From Eledone cirrhosa (Eukaryota): a stretch of DNA of 64,000 nucleotides. Positions 38,064 to 53,000 of the stretch are shown in pieces. The stretch is from assembly GCA_964016885.1 (NCBI GenBank), contig OZ024748.1, forward strand, positions 31,000,001 to 31,064,000. Direction: 5' to 3'. The stretch's first letter is position 1. Every line of letters begins with the position of its first letter. The notes under the pieces are model-generated. The model ran no database searches, was not told where the DNA came from, and worked only from the letters and a program-made list of their open reading frames with translations. A program made the translations under genes and the position numbers.

Positions 38064-41000
38064 TAGACTTAAACCACAAACCCAAGCCTTAGAGTTAAAC
38101 CATAACCACAAGCCGTAGACTTAAACCCAACACCAAGCTTTAGAGTTAGACTTAAACCCCAACCCCAATCGTTAGACATAGATTTAAACCCCAACCCTAA
38201 GCCTTAGACTTAAACTTAAATCCCAACCCCAAGTCTTAGACATAGACTTAAACCACAACACTAAAACATGGACTTAGACTTAAAACTCAACCACTAGCAT
38301 TAGACTTAGACTTAAAGCCAACACCAAGCCTTAGACTTAAAGCGTAACCCTAAGCCTTAGACTTAAACCCACACTCCAAACCTTAGACTTAGACTTAAAC
38401 CCAAAACGATAGCCTTAGACATACACTTAAATCCCAACACCAAACCTTAGACATAGACTTAAACCCAACCAGAAGTCTTACATTTAGACTTAAACACCAA
38501 CCGCAAGCCTCAGACTTCGACTTAACGCCGAACACGAAACCTTAAAATTAGACTTAAACCCGAAATCCAAGCATTAGACTTAGATTTAAACCCTAAATCC
38601 AAGCCTTAGACTAAAACCCTAACCCCAAGCCTTAGTTTTAAATCCTAACACCAACCTTTAGACTTAGTCTTAAAATCACAAACACAAGCCTTAGAGTTAA
38701 ACCCCAACCTCTACCCTTAGATGTAAAATTAAACCCCAACTCCAAGACATAGACTTAAACCCCAACCTCAAGCCTTAGACGTAGACTTAAAACCCAACCC
38801 AAAGCCTTAAACTTAGACTTAAACCCCAACCCCAAGACTTAGACTAAGACTTAAACCCCAACCTCAAGCGTTAGACTTAGACATAAACCCCAACTCCAAG
38901 CTTTGGAATTAAAACCTAACCCCAAGACTTAGTCCTAAATCCTAACGCAAACCCTTACACTTAGACTAAAACCACAAACCCAATCCTTAGAGTTAGATTA
39001 AAACCCAAGCACAAGACTTAGACTCAGATTTAAACCCAACCACAAGCCTTAGACTTAGACTTAAACCCCAACCACAACCCTTAGACATAGATTTAAACCC
39101 CAACCCTAAGCCTTAGACTTAGACTTAAACCCCAAGCCCAACATTAGAGTTAGAATTGAAATCCAAGCGCAAGCGTTAGATTTAGACTTGAACCCCAACC
39201 ACAAGCATAAAACTTAGACTTAAACCCCAGCACCAAAACTTAGACTTAGACTTAAACCCCAACCCCAGGCCTCAGACTTAAACTTAAACCTCAACACAAA
39301 GCGTTAGACTTAGACTTAAACCGAACCCCAAGCCTTAGACTTAAACCTCAACCACAAGCCTTAGAATTAGACTTAAAGCCCAACCTAAAACCTTAGACTT
39401 AGATTTAAACCCCAACCCCAAGCCTTAGACATATACTTAAACCACAACTCCAAGCCTTACAATTAAACCCTAACCCCAAGCCTTAGACTTAAATCCTAAA
39501 CCAAGCCTTAGAAATAGACTTAAACCCCAAAACCAACCCTTAGAAATGACTTAAACCCCAAACCCAAGCTTCAGATTTAGACATAAACGCGAACCCAAAG
39601 CCTTAGAATTTTACTTAAACCCCAACCCGAGCCTTAGACCTAGATTTAAACCCCAACCCCAAGCCTTAGAATTAGACTTAAACCCGAACCCCAAGCCTTA
39701 GACTTAAACCCGAACCCCAAGCCTTAGACTTAGACATAAACGCCAAACCGAAGGCTTAGACTTAGACTTAAACCCAACCCCCAGCCTTAGATTTCGACTT
39801 AAACCCCAAATCCAAGCCTTAGAGTTACACTTACACCATAATCCCAAGCTTTAGACTTAGACATAAACCCCAAACCCAAGTCTTAGAATTAGACTTAAAC
39901 CGTACACCAAACTCCAACACAAAGCCTTAGACTTAGACGTAATCCCCAAATACAAGCCTTCAATTAAACCATAAACACAAGCCTTAGACTTAAACCCAAA
40001 CGCCAAGCCTTAGACTTAGACTTAAACCGCAATCACTAGTGTTAGTTGTAAACTTAAACCCCAACCCCTAAATTTAGACTTAGACTAAAACCCTAAGCCT
40101 TACAATTACCCTTAAACCCAAACTATAATCCTTAGACTTAGACTTAAAGCCCAACCCCAAGCCTTAGACTTAGACTTGAACCCCAACCCAAGGCCTTAGA
40201 TTTAAACTAAACCCCAATCCCTAGCCTTAGACGTAAACTTAAACATAGACTTAGACGTAAACCCCAACCTCAAGCCTTAGGCGTAGACTTAAACGCCAAC
40301 CCAAAGCTTACACTTAAACCTTAACCCCAAGACTTAGACTTAAACTCTAACCTTAGACTTAGACTTAAACCTTAACCCCAACCCTTAAACTTAGACTTAA
40401 AGCCCAACCCCAAGGCTTAGACTTAGACTTACACCCCAACCCCAAGCCTTAGAAGTAAACTTAAACCGCAACTCCAAGACATAGACTTAGACTTAAAGCC
40501 CAACCTCAAGCCTTAGAATTAAACCCTAACAACAAGACTTAGCCCAACCCGTAAACTTAAACCGCAACCGCATGCCTCAGACTTAGACTTAAAGCCGAAC
40601 ACGAGACTTAAAATTAGACTTAAACCCCAAATCCATGCTTTAGACTTAGATTTAAATCCCAATCCCAAGACTTAGACTTAGATTTGAACACGAACCCCAA
40701 GCCTTAGACTTAAATGCCAACCACAATTCTTAGACTTAGACTTAAACCCCAAAACCAAGCCTTAGACTTAAACCCTAACCCCAAGCCATAGACTTAAATC
40801 CTAACATCAACTCTTAGACGTAGATTTAAACCACAAACCCAAGACTTAGACCTAGACTTAAACCCCAACCACAAGACTTAGACATAGACGTAAACCACAA
40901 CCTCAAGATTAGACTTAGACTTAAACCCCAGCTTCAAGCCTTAGACTTAGACTTACACCCCAACCCCAAGCCTTAGACGTAAACCTAAACCCCAACTCCA

Positions 41001-44000
41001 AGACTTAGACTTAGACTTAAACCAAAACCTCAAGCCTTAGACGTAGACACTAACCACAAACCAGAGCCTTAGACTTAGAATTAAACCCGAACCCCAAGAC
41101 TTAGACATAGACTTAAACCACAACCCCAAGCCTTAGACTTAAACCCCAACCACAAGCCTTAGACTTAGACGTAAACGCCAAAACCAAGCCTTAGACTTAA
41201 ACCCTAACCCCAAGGCTTAGACTTAAATCCTAACACAAACCCTTAGACGTAGACTTAAACCAGAACCCCAAGCCTTAGAATTTGACTTAAACCCCAACCC
41301 AAACCTTAGACCTAGACTTAAACCCCAACCCAAGCCTTAGATTTAAATCATAACCATTAGATTTAAACCCCAACCACAAGTCTTAGACTTAGACTTAAAC
41401 CCCAAACCCAAGCCTTAGATTTAGACTTAAACCCCAACCCCAAGCCTCAGATTTAGACATAAACCCGAACCCAAAGCCTTAGAATTTGACTTAAACCCCA
41501 ACACAAGCATTAGACCTAGACTTAAACCCCAACCCCAAGCCTTAGGCTTAGACTTAAATCCCAACCACAAGCCTTAGAATTAAACCCTAACACAAACCTT
41601 AGACTTAGACTTAAACCCCAACCACAAGAGTTAGAATTAGACTTAAACCCGAACCCCAACCCTTAGACTTAGACATAAACGCCAAACCGAAGTCTTAGAC
41701 TTAGACTTAATCCCCAACCCCCAGACTTAGATTTCGACTTAAACCCCAACTCCGAGACTTAGACTTACACTTACACCCCAACCCCACGCTTTCGATTTAA
41801 ACTTAAACCCTACCCCAAGCCATAGACTTAGACATAAACCCCAAACCCAAGCCTTAGATTTAAACCCGTACACAAAAATCCCATCCCCAAGCATTAGACT
41901 TAGACTTAAACCCAAACCTTAAGCTTTAGACTTAGACGTAATCCCCAACTACAAGCCTTCAATTAAACACAAGCCTTAGTCTTAAACCAAAACGCCAAGC
42001 CTTAGACTTAGACTTAAACCACAATCCCTAGCCTTAGACGTAAACTTAAACCCCAACCCCTAAACTTAGACTTAGACTTAAACCCTAACCCCATGCCTTA
42101 GACTTAAACCCTAAGCCTTAGAATTACCCTTAAACCCCAACTATAAGCCTTAGACTTAGACTTAAACCCCAACCCCAAGCCTTAGACTTAGACTTGAACC
42201 CCAACCCAAAGCCTTAGACTCAGACTTAAACTCCAACCATTAGACTTAGACTAAACCCCAACCCCAAGCCTTAGACGTACACTTAAACTTAGACTTAGAC
42301 GTAAACCCCAACCTCAAGCCTTAGGCGTAGACTTAAACCCCAACCCAAAGCTTACACTTAAACCCTAACCCCAAGACTTAGACTTAAACTCTAACCTTAG
42401 TCTTAGACTTAAACCCCAACCCAAGCCTTAGACTTAAAATTAAACCCTAACAACAAGTCTTAGACTTAAAACCTAACCCCAACTCGAAGCCTTAGCCCAA
42501 TCCGTAAACTTCAACCCCAACCCAAAACCTCAGACTTAGACTTAAACACCAACCCCAAGCTTTAGACTTCGACATAAACCGCAACCACATGCATTAGACT
42601 TAGACTTAAACCCTAACCTCAAGATTAGACTTAGACTTAAACGCCAGCTTCAAGCCTTAGACTTAGACTTACACCCCAACCCCAAGCCTTAGACGTAGAC
42701 ACTAACCCCAAACCAGAGTCTTAGACTTAGAATTAAACCCCAACCCCAAGACTTAGACATAGACTTAAACCACAACCCCAAGCCTTAGAATTAAACCCTA
42801 ACAACAAGACTTATAACTTTAAATCTAACCCCAACCCCAAACCTTAGCCCAACCCGTAATCTTAAACCCCAACCGAAAGTCTTAGACTTAGACTTAACGA
42901 CAAACCCAAAGCCTTAGACTTAAACCAAAACCCCAAAACATAGATTTAATCCCCAACCTCAAGCCTTAGAGATATTCTTAAACCCCAACCCCAAACGTTA
43001 GACATAGATTTAAACCCCAACCCCAAGCCTTAGACTTTGACTTAAAACCCAACCACTAGCATTAGTCTTAGAATTAAACCCCAACCCCAAGCCTTAGACA
43101 TAGGCTTAAACACAAACCCCCAAGCATAGACTTAAATCCCAATTCCAACACTTAGACTTAAACCTCTATCCAAAGCCTTAGAATTAGCCTTAAACCCCAA
43201 ACCGAAGGTTTAGACTTAGATTTAAACCCTAACCACAACCTTAGACTTAGACTTAAACCCCAAAACCAACCCTTAGATTTAGACTTAAACCCCAACCCCA
43301 AGCCTCAGATTTAGACATAAACGCGAACCCAAAGCCTTAGAATTTGACTTAAACCCCAACACCAAGCCTTGGGCTTAGACTTAAACCCAAACTCCTAGCC
43401 TTAGACTTAAATTTAAATCCCAACCCCAAGCCTTACAATTAAACCCTAACACGAACCCTAAGATTTAGACTTAAATCTAAACCACAAGACTTAGACTTAG
43501 ACATAAACGCCAAACCGAAGGCTTAGACTTAGACTTAAACCCAACCGCCAGCCTTAGATTTCGACTTAAAACCCAAATCCAAGCCTTAGAGTTACACTTA
43601 CAGCCTAACCGCTTTAGACTTAGACATAAACCCCAAACCGAAGGCTTAGAATTAGACTTAAACCCGTACACCAAACCCCAACACCAAGCTTAGACTTAAA
43701 CCCAAACCTTAAGCTTTAGACTTAGACGTAATCCCCAAATACAAGCCTTCAATTAAACCATAAACACAAGCCTTAGACTTAAACCCAAACGCCAAGCCTT
43801 AGACTTAGACTTAAACCACAATCCCTAGTGTTAGTTGTAAACTTAAACCCCAACCGCTAAACTTAGACTTAGACTTAAACCCTAAGCCTTAGATTTACCC
43901 TTAAACGCCAACTATAAGCCTTAGACTTAGACTTAAACCCCAACCCCAAGCCTTAGACTTAGACTTGAACCCCAACCCAAAGCCTTAGACTTAAACTAAA

Positions 44001-47000
44001 CCCCAACCCCTAGCCTTAGACGTAAACTTAAACTTAGACTTAGACGTAAACCACAACCTTAAGCCTTAGGCGTAGACTTAAACCCCAACCCAAAGCTTAC
44101 ACTTAAAGCCTAACCCCAAGCCTTAGACTTAAACTCTAACCTTAGTCTTAGACTTAAATACAGACCCCAAGCCTTAGACTTAGACTTAAAACTTAACCCC
44201 AACCCTTAAACTTAGATTTAAAGCCCAACCCCAAGGCTTAGACTTAGACTTACACCCAACCCCTAGCCTTAGACGTAAACTTAAACCCCAACTTAGACTT
44301 AAAGCCCAACCTCAAGCCTTAGACATAGACACTAAGCCCAAACCAAAGCCTGAGAGATAGAATTAAACCCCAACCACAAGCCTTATACATAGACTTAAAC
44401 CACAACCCCAAGCCTTAGAATTAAACCCTAACAACAAGAATTAGACTTAAAATCTAGCCCCAACCCCAAGCCTTAGCCCAACCCGTAAACTTTAATCCCA
44501 ACCGCAAGCCTCAGACTTAGACTTAAAGCCGAACACGAAGCCTTAAAATTAGACTTAAACCCGAAATCCATGCTTTAGACTTAGATTTAAATCCCAATCC
44601 CAAGACTTAGACTTAGACTTAAATGCCAACCCCAAGCCTTAGACTTAGACTTAAATCCCAACCCCAAGCCTTAGATTTAAATCCTAACCCTTAGATTTAA
44701 ACCCAACCACAATTCTTAGACTTAGACTTAAACCCCAAAACCAAGCCTTAGATTTAGACTTAAACCCCAACCCCAAGCCTCAGATTTAAACCCGAACCCG
44801 AAGCCTTAGAATTTGACTTAAACCCCAACCCAAGCATTAGACCTAGACTTAAACCCCAACCCCAAGCCTGAGGCTTAGACTTAAATCCCAACCCCAAGCC
44901 TTAGAATTAAACCCTAACACGAACCCTTAGACTTAGACTTAAACCACAACCACAAGAGTTAGAATTAGACTTAAACCCGAACCCCAACCCTTAGACTTAG
45001 ACATAAACGCCAAACCGAAGTCTTAGACTTAGACTTAAACCCCAACCCCCAGCCTTAGATTTCGACTTAAACCCCAACTCCAAGACTTAGACTTACACTT
45101 ACACCCCAACCCCAAGCTTTCGATTTAAACTTAAACCCTACCCCAAGCCATAGACTTAGACATAAACCTCAAACCCAAGCCTTAGAATTAGACTTAAACC
45201 GGTACACAAAAATCCCATCCCCAAGCCTTAGACTTAGACTTAAACCCAAACCTTAAGCTTTAGACTTAGACGTAATCCCCAACTACAAGCCTTCAATTAA
45301 ACCATAAACACAAGCCTTAGACTTAAACCAAAACGCCAAGCCTTAGACTTAGACTTAAACCACAATCCCTAGCCTTAGACGTAAACTTAAACCCCAACCC
45401 CTAAACTTAGAATTAGACTTAAACCCTAACCACATGCCTTAGACTTAAACCCTAAGCCTTAGAATTACCCTTAAACCCCAACTATAATCCTTAGACTTAG
45501 ACTTAAACCCCAACCCCAAGCCTTAGACTCAGACTTAAACTCCAACCATTAGACTTAGACTAAACCCCAACCCCAAGCCTTAGGGGTAGACTTAAACCCC
45601 AACCCAAAGCTTATACTTAAACCGTAACCCCAAACCTTATACTAAAACTCTAACCTTAGTCTTAGACTTAAACCCCAACCCCAAGCCTTAGACTTAAAAT
45701 TAAACCCTAACAACAAGTCTTAGACTTTAAACCTAACCCCAACTCGAAGCCTTAGCCCAACCCGTAAACTTCAACCCCAACCCCAAGCTTTAGACTTCGA
45801 CATAAACCGCAACCACATGCATTAGACTTAGACTTAAACCCTAACCTCAAGATTAGACTTAGACTTAAACCTCAGCTTCAAGCCTTAGACGTAGACTTAC
45901 ACCCCAACCCCAAGCCTTAGACGTAAACCTAAACCCCAATTCCAAGACTTAGACTTAGACTTAAACCAAAACCTCAAGCCTTAGACGTAGACACTAACCC
46001 CAAACCAGAGCCTTAGACTTAGAATTAAACCCCAACCCCAAGACTTAGACATAGACTTAAACCACAACTCCAAGCCTTAGAATTAAACCCTAACAACAAG
46101 ACTTAGACTTTAAATCTAACCCCAACACCAAGCCTTAGCCCAACCCGTAAACTTAAACCCCAACCAATAGTCTTAGACTTAGACTTAACCACAAACCCAA
46201 AGCCTTAGACTTAAACCAAAACCCAAATCATAGATTTAATCCCCAACCCCAAGCCTTAGAGATATTCTTAAACCCCAACCCCAAACGTTAGACATAGATT
46301 TAAACCCCAACCCCAAGCCTTAGACTTAAAACCCAACCACTAGCATTAGTCTTAGAATTAAACCCCAACCCCAAGCCTTAACAGAGGCTTAAACACAAAC
46401 CCCCAAGCATAGACTTAAATCCCAACTCCAACACTTAGACTTAAACCTTTATCCAAAGCCTTAGAATTAGCCTTAAACCCCAAACCGAAGCTTTAGACTT
46501 AGATTTAAACCCTAACCACAACCTTAGACTTAGACTTAAACCCCAAAACCAACCCTTAGATTTAGATTTAAACCCCAACCCCAAGCCTCAGATTTAGACA
46601 TAAACGCGAACCCAAAGCCTTAGAATTTGACTTAAACCCCAACCCAAGCATTAGACCTAGACTTAAACCCCAACCCCAAGCCTTAGGCTTAGACTTAAAC
46701 CCAAACTCCTAGCCTTAGACTTAAACTTAAATCCCAACCCCAAGCCTTAGAATTAAACCCTAACACGAACCCTTAGACTTAGACTTAAACCCCAACCACA
46801 AGAGTTAGAATTAGACATAAACCCGAACCCCAACCCTTAGACTTAGACATAAACGCCAAACCGAAGTCTTAGACTTAGACTTAAACCCCAACCTCCAGCC
46901 TTACATTTCGACTTAAACCCCAACTCCAAGACATAGACTTACACTTACACCCTAACCCCAAGCTTTAGACTTAGACATAAACCCTAAACCCAAGTCTTAG

Positions 47001-50000
47001 AATTAGACTTAAAACCGTACACCAAACCCCAACCCCAAGCCTTAGACTTAGACTTAAACCCAAACCTGAAGCTTTAAACTTAGACGTAATCCCCAAATAC
47101 AAGCCTTCAATTAAACCATAAACACAAGCCTTAGACTTAAACCCAAACGCCAAGCCTTAGACTTAGACTTAAACCACAATCCCTAGTGTTAGTTGTAAAC
47201 TTAAACCCCAACCCCTAAACTTAGACTTAGACTTAAACACTAAGCCTTAGATTTACCCTTAAACGCCAACTATAAGCCTTAGACTTAGACTTTAACCCCA
47301 ACCCCAAGCCTTAGACTTAGACTTGAACCCCAACCCAAAGTCTTAGACTTAAACTAAACCCCAACCCCTAGTCTTAGACGTAAACTTAAACTTAGACTTA
47401 GACGTAAACCCCAACCTCAAGCCTTAGGAGTAGACTTAAACCCCAACCCAAAGCTTACACTTAAACCCTAACCCCAAGCCTTAGACTTAAACTCTAACCT
47501 TAGTCTTAGACTTAAACACCAACCCCAAGCCTTAGACTTAGGCTTAAATACAAACCCCAAGCCTTAGACTTAGACTTTAACCTTAACCCCAACCCTTAAA
47601 CTTAGACTTAAAGCCCAACCCCAAGGCTTAGACTTACACTTACACCCCAACCCCCAGCCTTAGATTTCGACTTAAACCGCAACTCCAAGATTTAGACTTA
47701 CACTTACACCCTAACCCCAAGCTTTCGATTTACACTTAAACCCTACCCCAAGCCATAGACTTAGACATAAACACCAAACCCAAGCCTTAGAATTAGACTT
47801 AAACCCGTACACAAAAATCCCACCCCCAAGACTTAGACTTAGACTTAAACCCCAACCCCAAGCCTTAGATTTAAATCCTAACCCTTAGATTTAAACCCAA
47901 CCAGAATTCTTAGACTTAGACTTAAACCCCAAAATCAAGCCTTAGACGTACACCCTAACCCCAAGCATTAGACATAAATCCTAACACCAACCCTTAGACC
48001 TAGACTTAAACCCCAACCACAAAACTTAGACTTAGATTTAAACCCGAACCCCAAGCCTTAGACTTAAACCCCAACCACAAGCCTTAGACTTAGATTTAAA
48101 CCCCAAAACCAAGCCTTAGATTTAAACCCTAACCCCAAGCCTTAGAATTTGACTTAAACCCCAACCCAAGCTTTAGAGCTCGACTTAAACCCCAACCGCA
48201 AGCCTTAGATTTAAATCCTAACCCTTATATTTAATCCCCAACCACAAGTCTTAGACTTAGACTTAAACCCCAAACCCCAGCCTTAGATTTAGACTTAAAC
48301 CCCAACGCCAAGCCTCAGATTTACACATAAACCCGAACCCAAAGCCTTAGAATTTGACTTAAACCCCAACCCAAGCATTAGACCTAGACTTAAATCCCAA
48401 CCCCAAGCCTTAGGCTTAGACTTAAACCCAAACTCCTAGCCTTAGACTTAAACTTAAATCCCAACCCCAAGCCTTAGAATTAAACCCTAAAACGAACCCT
48501 TAGATTTAGTCTTAAACCCCAACCACAACAGTTAGAATTAGACTTAAACCCGAACCCCAACCCTTAGACTTAGACATAAACGCCAAACCGAAGTCTTAGA
48601 CTTAGACTTAAACCCCAACCCCAGCCTTAGATTTCGACTTAAACCCCAACTCCAAGACTTAGACTTACACTTACACCCTAAACTCAAGCTTTCGATTTAA
48701 ACTTAAACCCTACCCTAAGCCATAGACTTAGACATAAACCCAAACCCAAGCCTTAGAATTTGACTTAAACCCGTACACAAAAATCCCATCCCCAAGCTTT
48801 AGACTTAGACGTAATCCCCAACTACAAGCCTTCAATTGAACCATAAACACAAGCCTTAGACTTAAACCCAAACGCCAAGCCCTAGACTTAGACTTAAACC
48901 ACAATCCCTAGCCTTAGAAGTAAACTTAAGCCCCAACCCCTAAACTTAGACTTAGACTTAAACCCTAACCCCATGCATTAGACTTAAACCCTAAGCTTTT
49001 GAATTACCCTTAAACCCCAACTATAAGCCTTAGACTTAGACTTAAACCCCAACCCCAGGCCTTAGACTTAGACTTGAACCCCAACCCAAAGCCGTAGACT
49101 TAGACTTAAACCCCCACCCAAAGCTTACACTTAAACCCTAACCCCAAGCCTTAGACTTAAACTCTAACCTTAGTCTTAGACTTAAACCCCAACCCTAAGC
49201 CTTAGACTTAGGCTTAAATACAAACCCCAAGCCTTAGACTTAAAATTAAACCCTAACAACAAGTCTTAGACTTAAAACCTAACCCCAACTCGATGCCTTA
49301 GCCCAACCCGTAAACTTCAACCCAAAGCCTCAGACTTAGACTTAAACACCAACCCCAAGCCTTAGACATAGACTTAAACCCAAACCCCAAGCTTTAGCCT
49401 TCGACATAAACCGCAACCACATGCATTAGACTTAGACTTAAACCCTAACCTCAAGATTAGACTTAGACTTAAACCCAAGCTTCAAGCCTTAGACTTAGAC
49501 TTACATCCCAACCCCAAGCCTTAGACGTAAACTTAAACCCCAACTCCAAGACTTAGACTTAGATTTAAACCAAAACCTCAAGCCTTAGACGTAGACACTA
49601 ACCCCAAACCAGAGCCTTAGACTTTAAATCTAACCCCAACCCCAAGCCTTAGCCCAACCCGTAAACTTAAACCCCAACCGAAAGTCTTAGACTTAGACTT
49701 AACCACAAACCCAAAGCCTTAGACTTAAACCAAAACCCCAAAACATAGATTTAATCCCCAATCCCAAGCCTTAGAGATATTCTTAAACCCCAACCCCAAA
49801 CGTTAGACATAGATTTAAACACCAACCCCAGGCCTTAGACTTTGACTTAAAACCCAACCACTAGCATTAGTCTTAGACTTAAACCCCAAACCCAAGCCTT
49901 AGACAGAGGCTTAAACACAAACCCCCAAGCATAGACTTAAATCCCAACTCCAACACTTAGACTTAAAACTCTATCCAAAGCCTTAGAATTAGCCTTAAAC

Positions 50001-53000
50001 TCCAAACCGAAGCTTTAGACTTAGATTTAAACCCTAACCACAACCTTAGACTTAGACTTAAACCCCAAAACCAACCCTTAGATTTAGACTTAAACCCCAA
50101 CCCCAATCCTCAGATTTAGACATAAACGCGAACCCAAAGCCTTAGGATTTGACTTAAACCCCAACCCAAGCCTTAGACATAGACTTAAACCTCAAATCAA
50201 AGCCTTAGACTTAGACTTAAACCCCAACCCCAAGCCTTAGACTTAGAGATAAACCTCCACAGCAGGTCTTAGACTTAAGCCCTAACCCCAACCCTTAAAC
50301 TTAGATTTAAACCCCAACCCCAAGGCTTAGACTTAGACTTACACACCAACCTCAAGCCTTAGACGTAGACATTAACGACAAACCAGAGCCTTAGACTTAA
50401 AATTAAACCCTAATAAGAACTCTTAGACTTAAAACCTAACCCCAACCCCAAACGTTAGACATAGATTTAAACCCCAACCCCAAGCCTTAGACGTTGACTT
50501 AAACCCCAACCACTAGCATTAGACTTAGACTTAAACCTCAACCACTAGCATTGGACTTAGACTTAAACTCCAAGCCAAAGACATAGATTTAAACCCTAAC
50601 CTCAAGATTAGACTTAGACTTAAACCCCAGCTTCAAGCCTTAGACTTAGACTTACACCCCAACCCCAAGCCTTAGACGTAAACTTAAACCGCAACTCCAA
50701 GACTTAGACTTAGACTTAAACCACAACCTCAAGCCTTAGACGTAGACACTAACCCCAAACCGGAGCCTTAGACTTAGAATTAAACCCAAACCCCAAGCCT
50801 TAGACAGACTTAAATCCCAAACACAAGCTTTCAGACTTCGACATAAATCCCAACCACAAGCTTAGACTTAGAGTAAACCGCAACCATAAGCCGTAGACTT
50901 AGACTTAAACCCCAAGTCATAGACATAGACTTAAACTCCAACTTCAAGCCTTAGACGTAGACACTAACCCCAAACCAGAGCCTTAGACGTAGACTTAAAC
51001 CCCAACGTCAAGCCTTAGACTTAGACTTAAACCCCAACCCCAAGCCTTAGACTTAGACTTAAACCCCAACCACTAGCATTAGACTTAGACTTAAACTCCA
51101 AGCCATACACATAGATTTAAACGCCAACCTCAAGATTTAGACTTAGAGTAAACCCCAGCTCCAAGCCTTAGCCTTAAACTCAAACCTCAACCCAAGCAGT
51201 AGACTTATACCACAACCCCAAGCCTTAGAATGAAACACTAATAACAAGCCTTAGCCCAACCCGTAAACTTAAACCCCAACCCCAAGCCTTAGACTTAGAC
51301 TTAAACCCCAACCACTAGCATTAGACTTAGACTTAAACTCCAAGCCATACACATAGATTTAAACGCCAACCTCAAGATTTAGACTTAGAGTAAACCCCAG
51401 CTCCAAGCGTTAGCCTTAAACTCAAACCTCAACCCAAGCAGTAGACTTATACCACAACCCCAAGCCTTAGAATGAAACACTAATAACAAGCCTTAGCCCA
51501 ACCCGTAAACTTAAACCCCAGTCCCAAGACTTAGACTTAGACTTAAACCCCAACCTCAAGCCTTAGACGTAGAATTAAACCCCAACCCCAACCCTTAGAC
51601 TTAGATCTGTACCCCAACTCCAAGCCTCAGAATTAAACCATAACCACAAGCCTTAGACATAAACCCCAACCCCAAGCCTTAGACTTTGACTTAAACACCA
51701 ACTCCTAGCCTTAGACTTACACTTAAAATCCAACCCCAAGCCTTAGTCATAGACATAATCCCCAACACCAAGCCTTAGACATAGATTTAAAACCCAACCA
51801 CAAGCCTTAGACTTAGACTTAAATCTAAAGCCAAAGGCTTAGAATTAAAATTAAAACCCAACCCCAACCTTAGACTTAGAATTAATCCCCAACATTAAGC
51901 TTTAGACTTAGACTTAAACCCCAAGCCTTAGACATAGATTTAAACCCCAACCACAAGCCTTAGACTTAGACTTACACCCCAACCCCAAGCCTTAGAGTTA
52001 GACTTGAAGAACAAGCGCAAGTATTAGACTTAGACTTGAACCCCAAACACACGCATAAGACTTAAACTTAAACCCCAACCCCAAGCCTTAGACTTAAAGA
52101 CCAACCCCAAGCCTTAGTCGTAGACTTAAACCTCTACCCAAAGCCTTAGAATTATACTTAAACCCCAAACCGAAGCATTAGACTTAAACTTAAATCCTAA
52201 CCACTAGCATTAGACTTAGACTTAAATTCCAAGACATAGACATAGATTTAAACCCCAAATTCAAGACTTAGACTTAGACTTAAACCCCAGCTTCATGCCT
52301 TAGACTTAGACTTACACCCCAACCCCTAGACTTAGACGTAAACTTAAACCCAACTCAAAGACTTAGACTTAGACTTAAACCCCAACCTCAAGCCTTAGAC
52401 GTAGACACTAACCCCAAACCAAAGCCTTAGAATTATACCCTAACAACAAGACTTAGTCTTAAAACCTAACCCCAACCCCAAGCCTTAGCCCAACCCGTAA
52501 ACTTAAACCACAACTCCAAGCCTTAGATTTAGACTTAAACTCCAACCCCAAGTCTTAGACTTAGACTTAAACCCCAACCCCAAGCCTTAGACATATATAT
52601 ATGAACACCAACCCCAAGCGTTAGACTTAGACTTAAACCCCAACACCAAGCTTTAGAATTAAACCCTAACCCCAAGATTAGACTTAAATCCTAAGACCAA
52701 CACTTAGACTTAGACTTAAACCCCAAACCCAAGCCTTAGAGTTAGACTTAAACCCCAACCACAAGACTTAGACTTAGACTTAAACCCCAACCCTAAGCCT
52801 TACAATTAGGCTTAAAGCCCAAACTAAAGCCTTAGACTTAGACTTAAACCCCAACCCCAAGCCTTAGACATATATATGATCGCCAACCCCAAGCGTTAGA
52901 CTTAGACTTAAACCCCAACTCCAAGCTTTAGATTTAAACCCGAACCCCAAACCTTAGACTTAGACTTAAACTCCAACCCCAATTCTTAGTCTTAGACTTA

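Noticed and set aside
33731-38085. AHAH/ACA-rich ORFs
   Set aside because: The 27-bp period is a multiple of three and overlapping ORFs occur on both strands; repeat artefacts.
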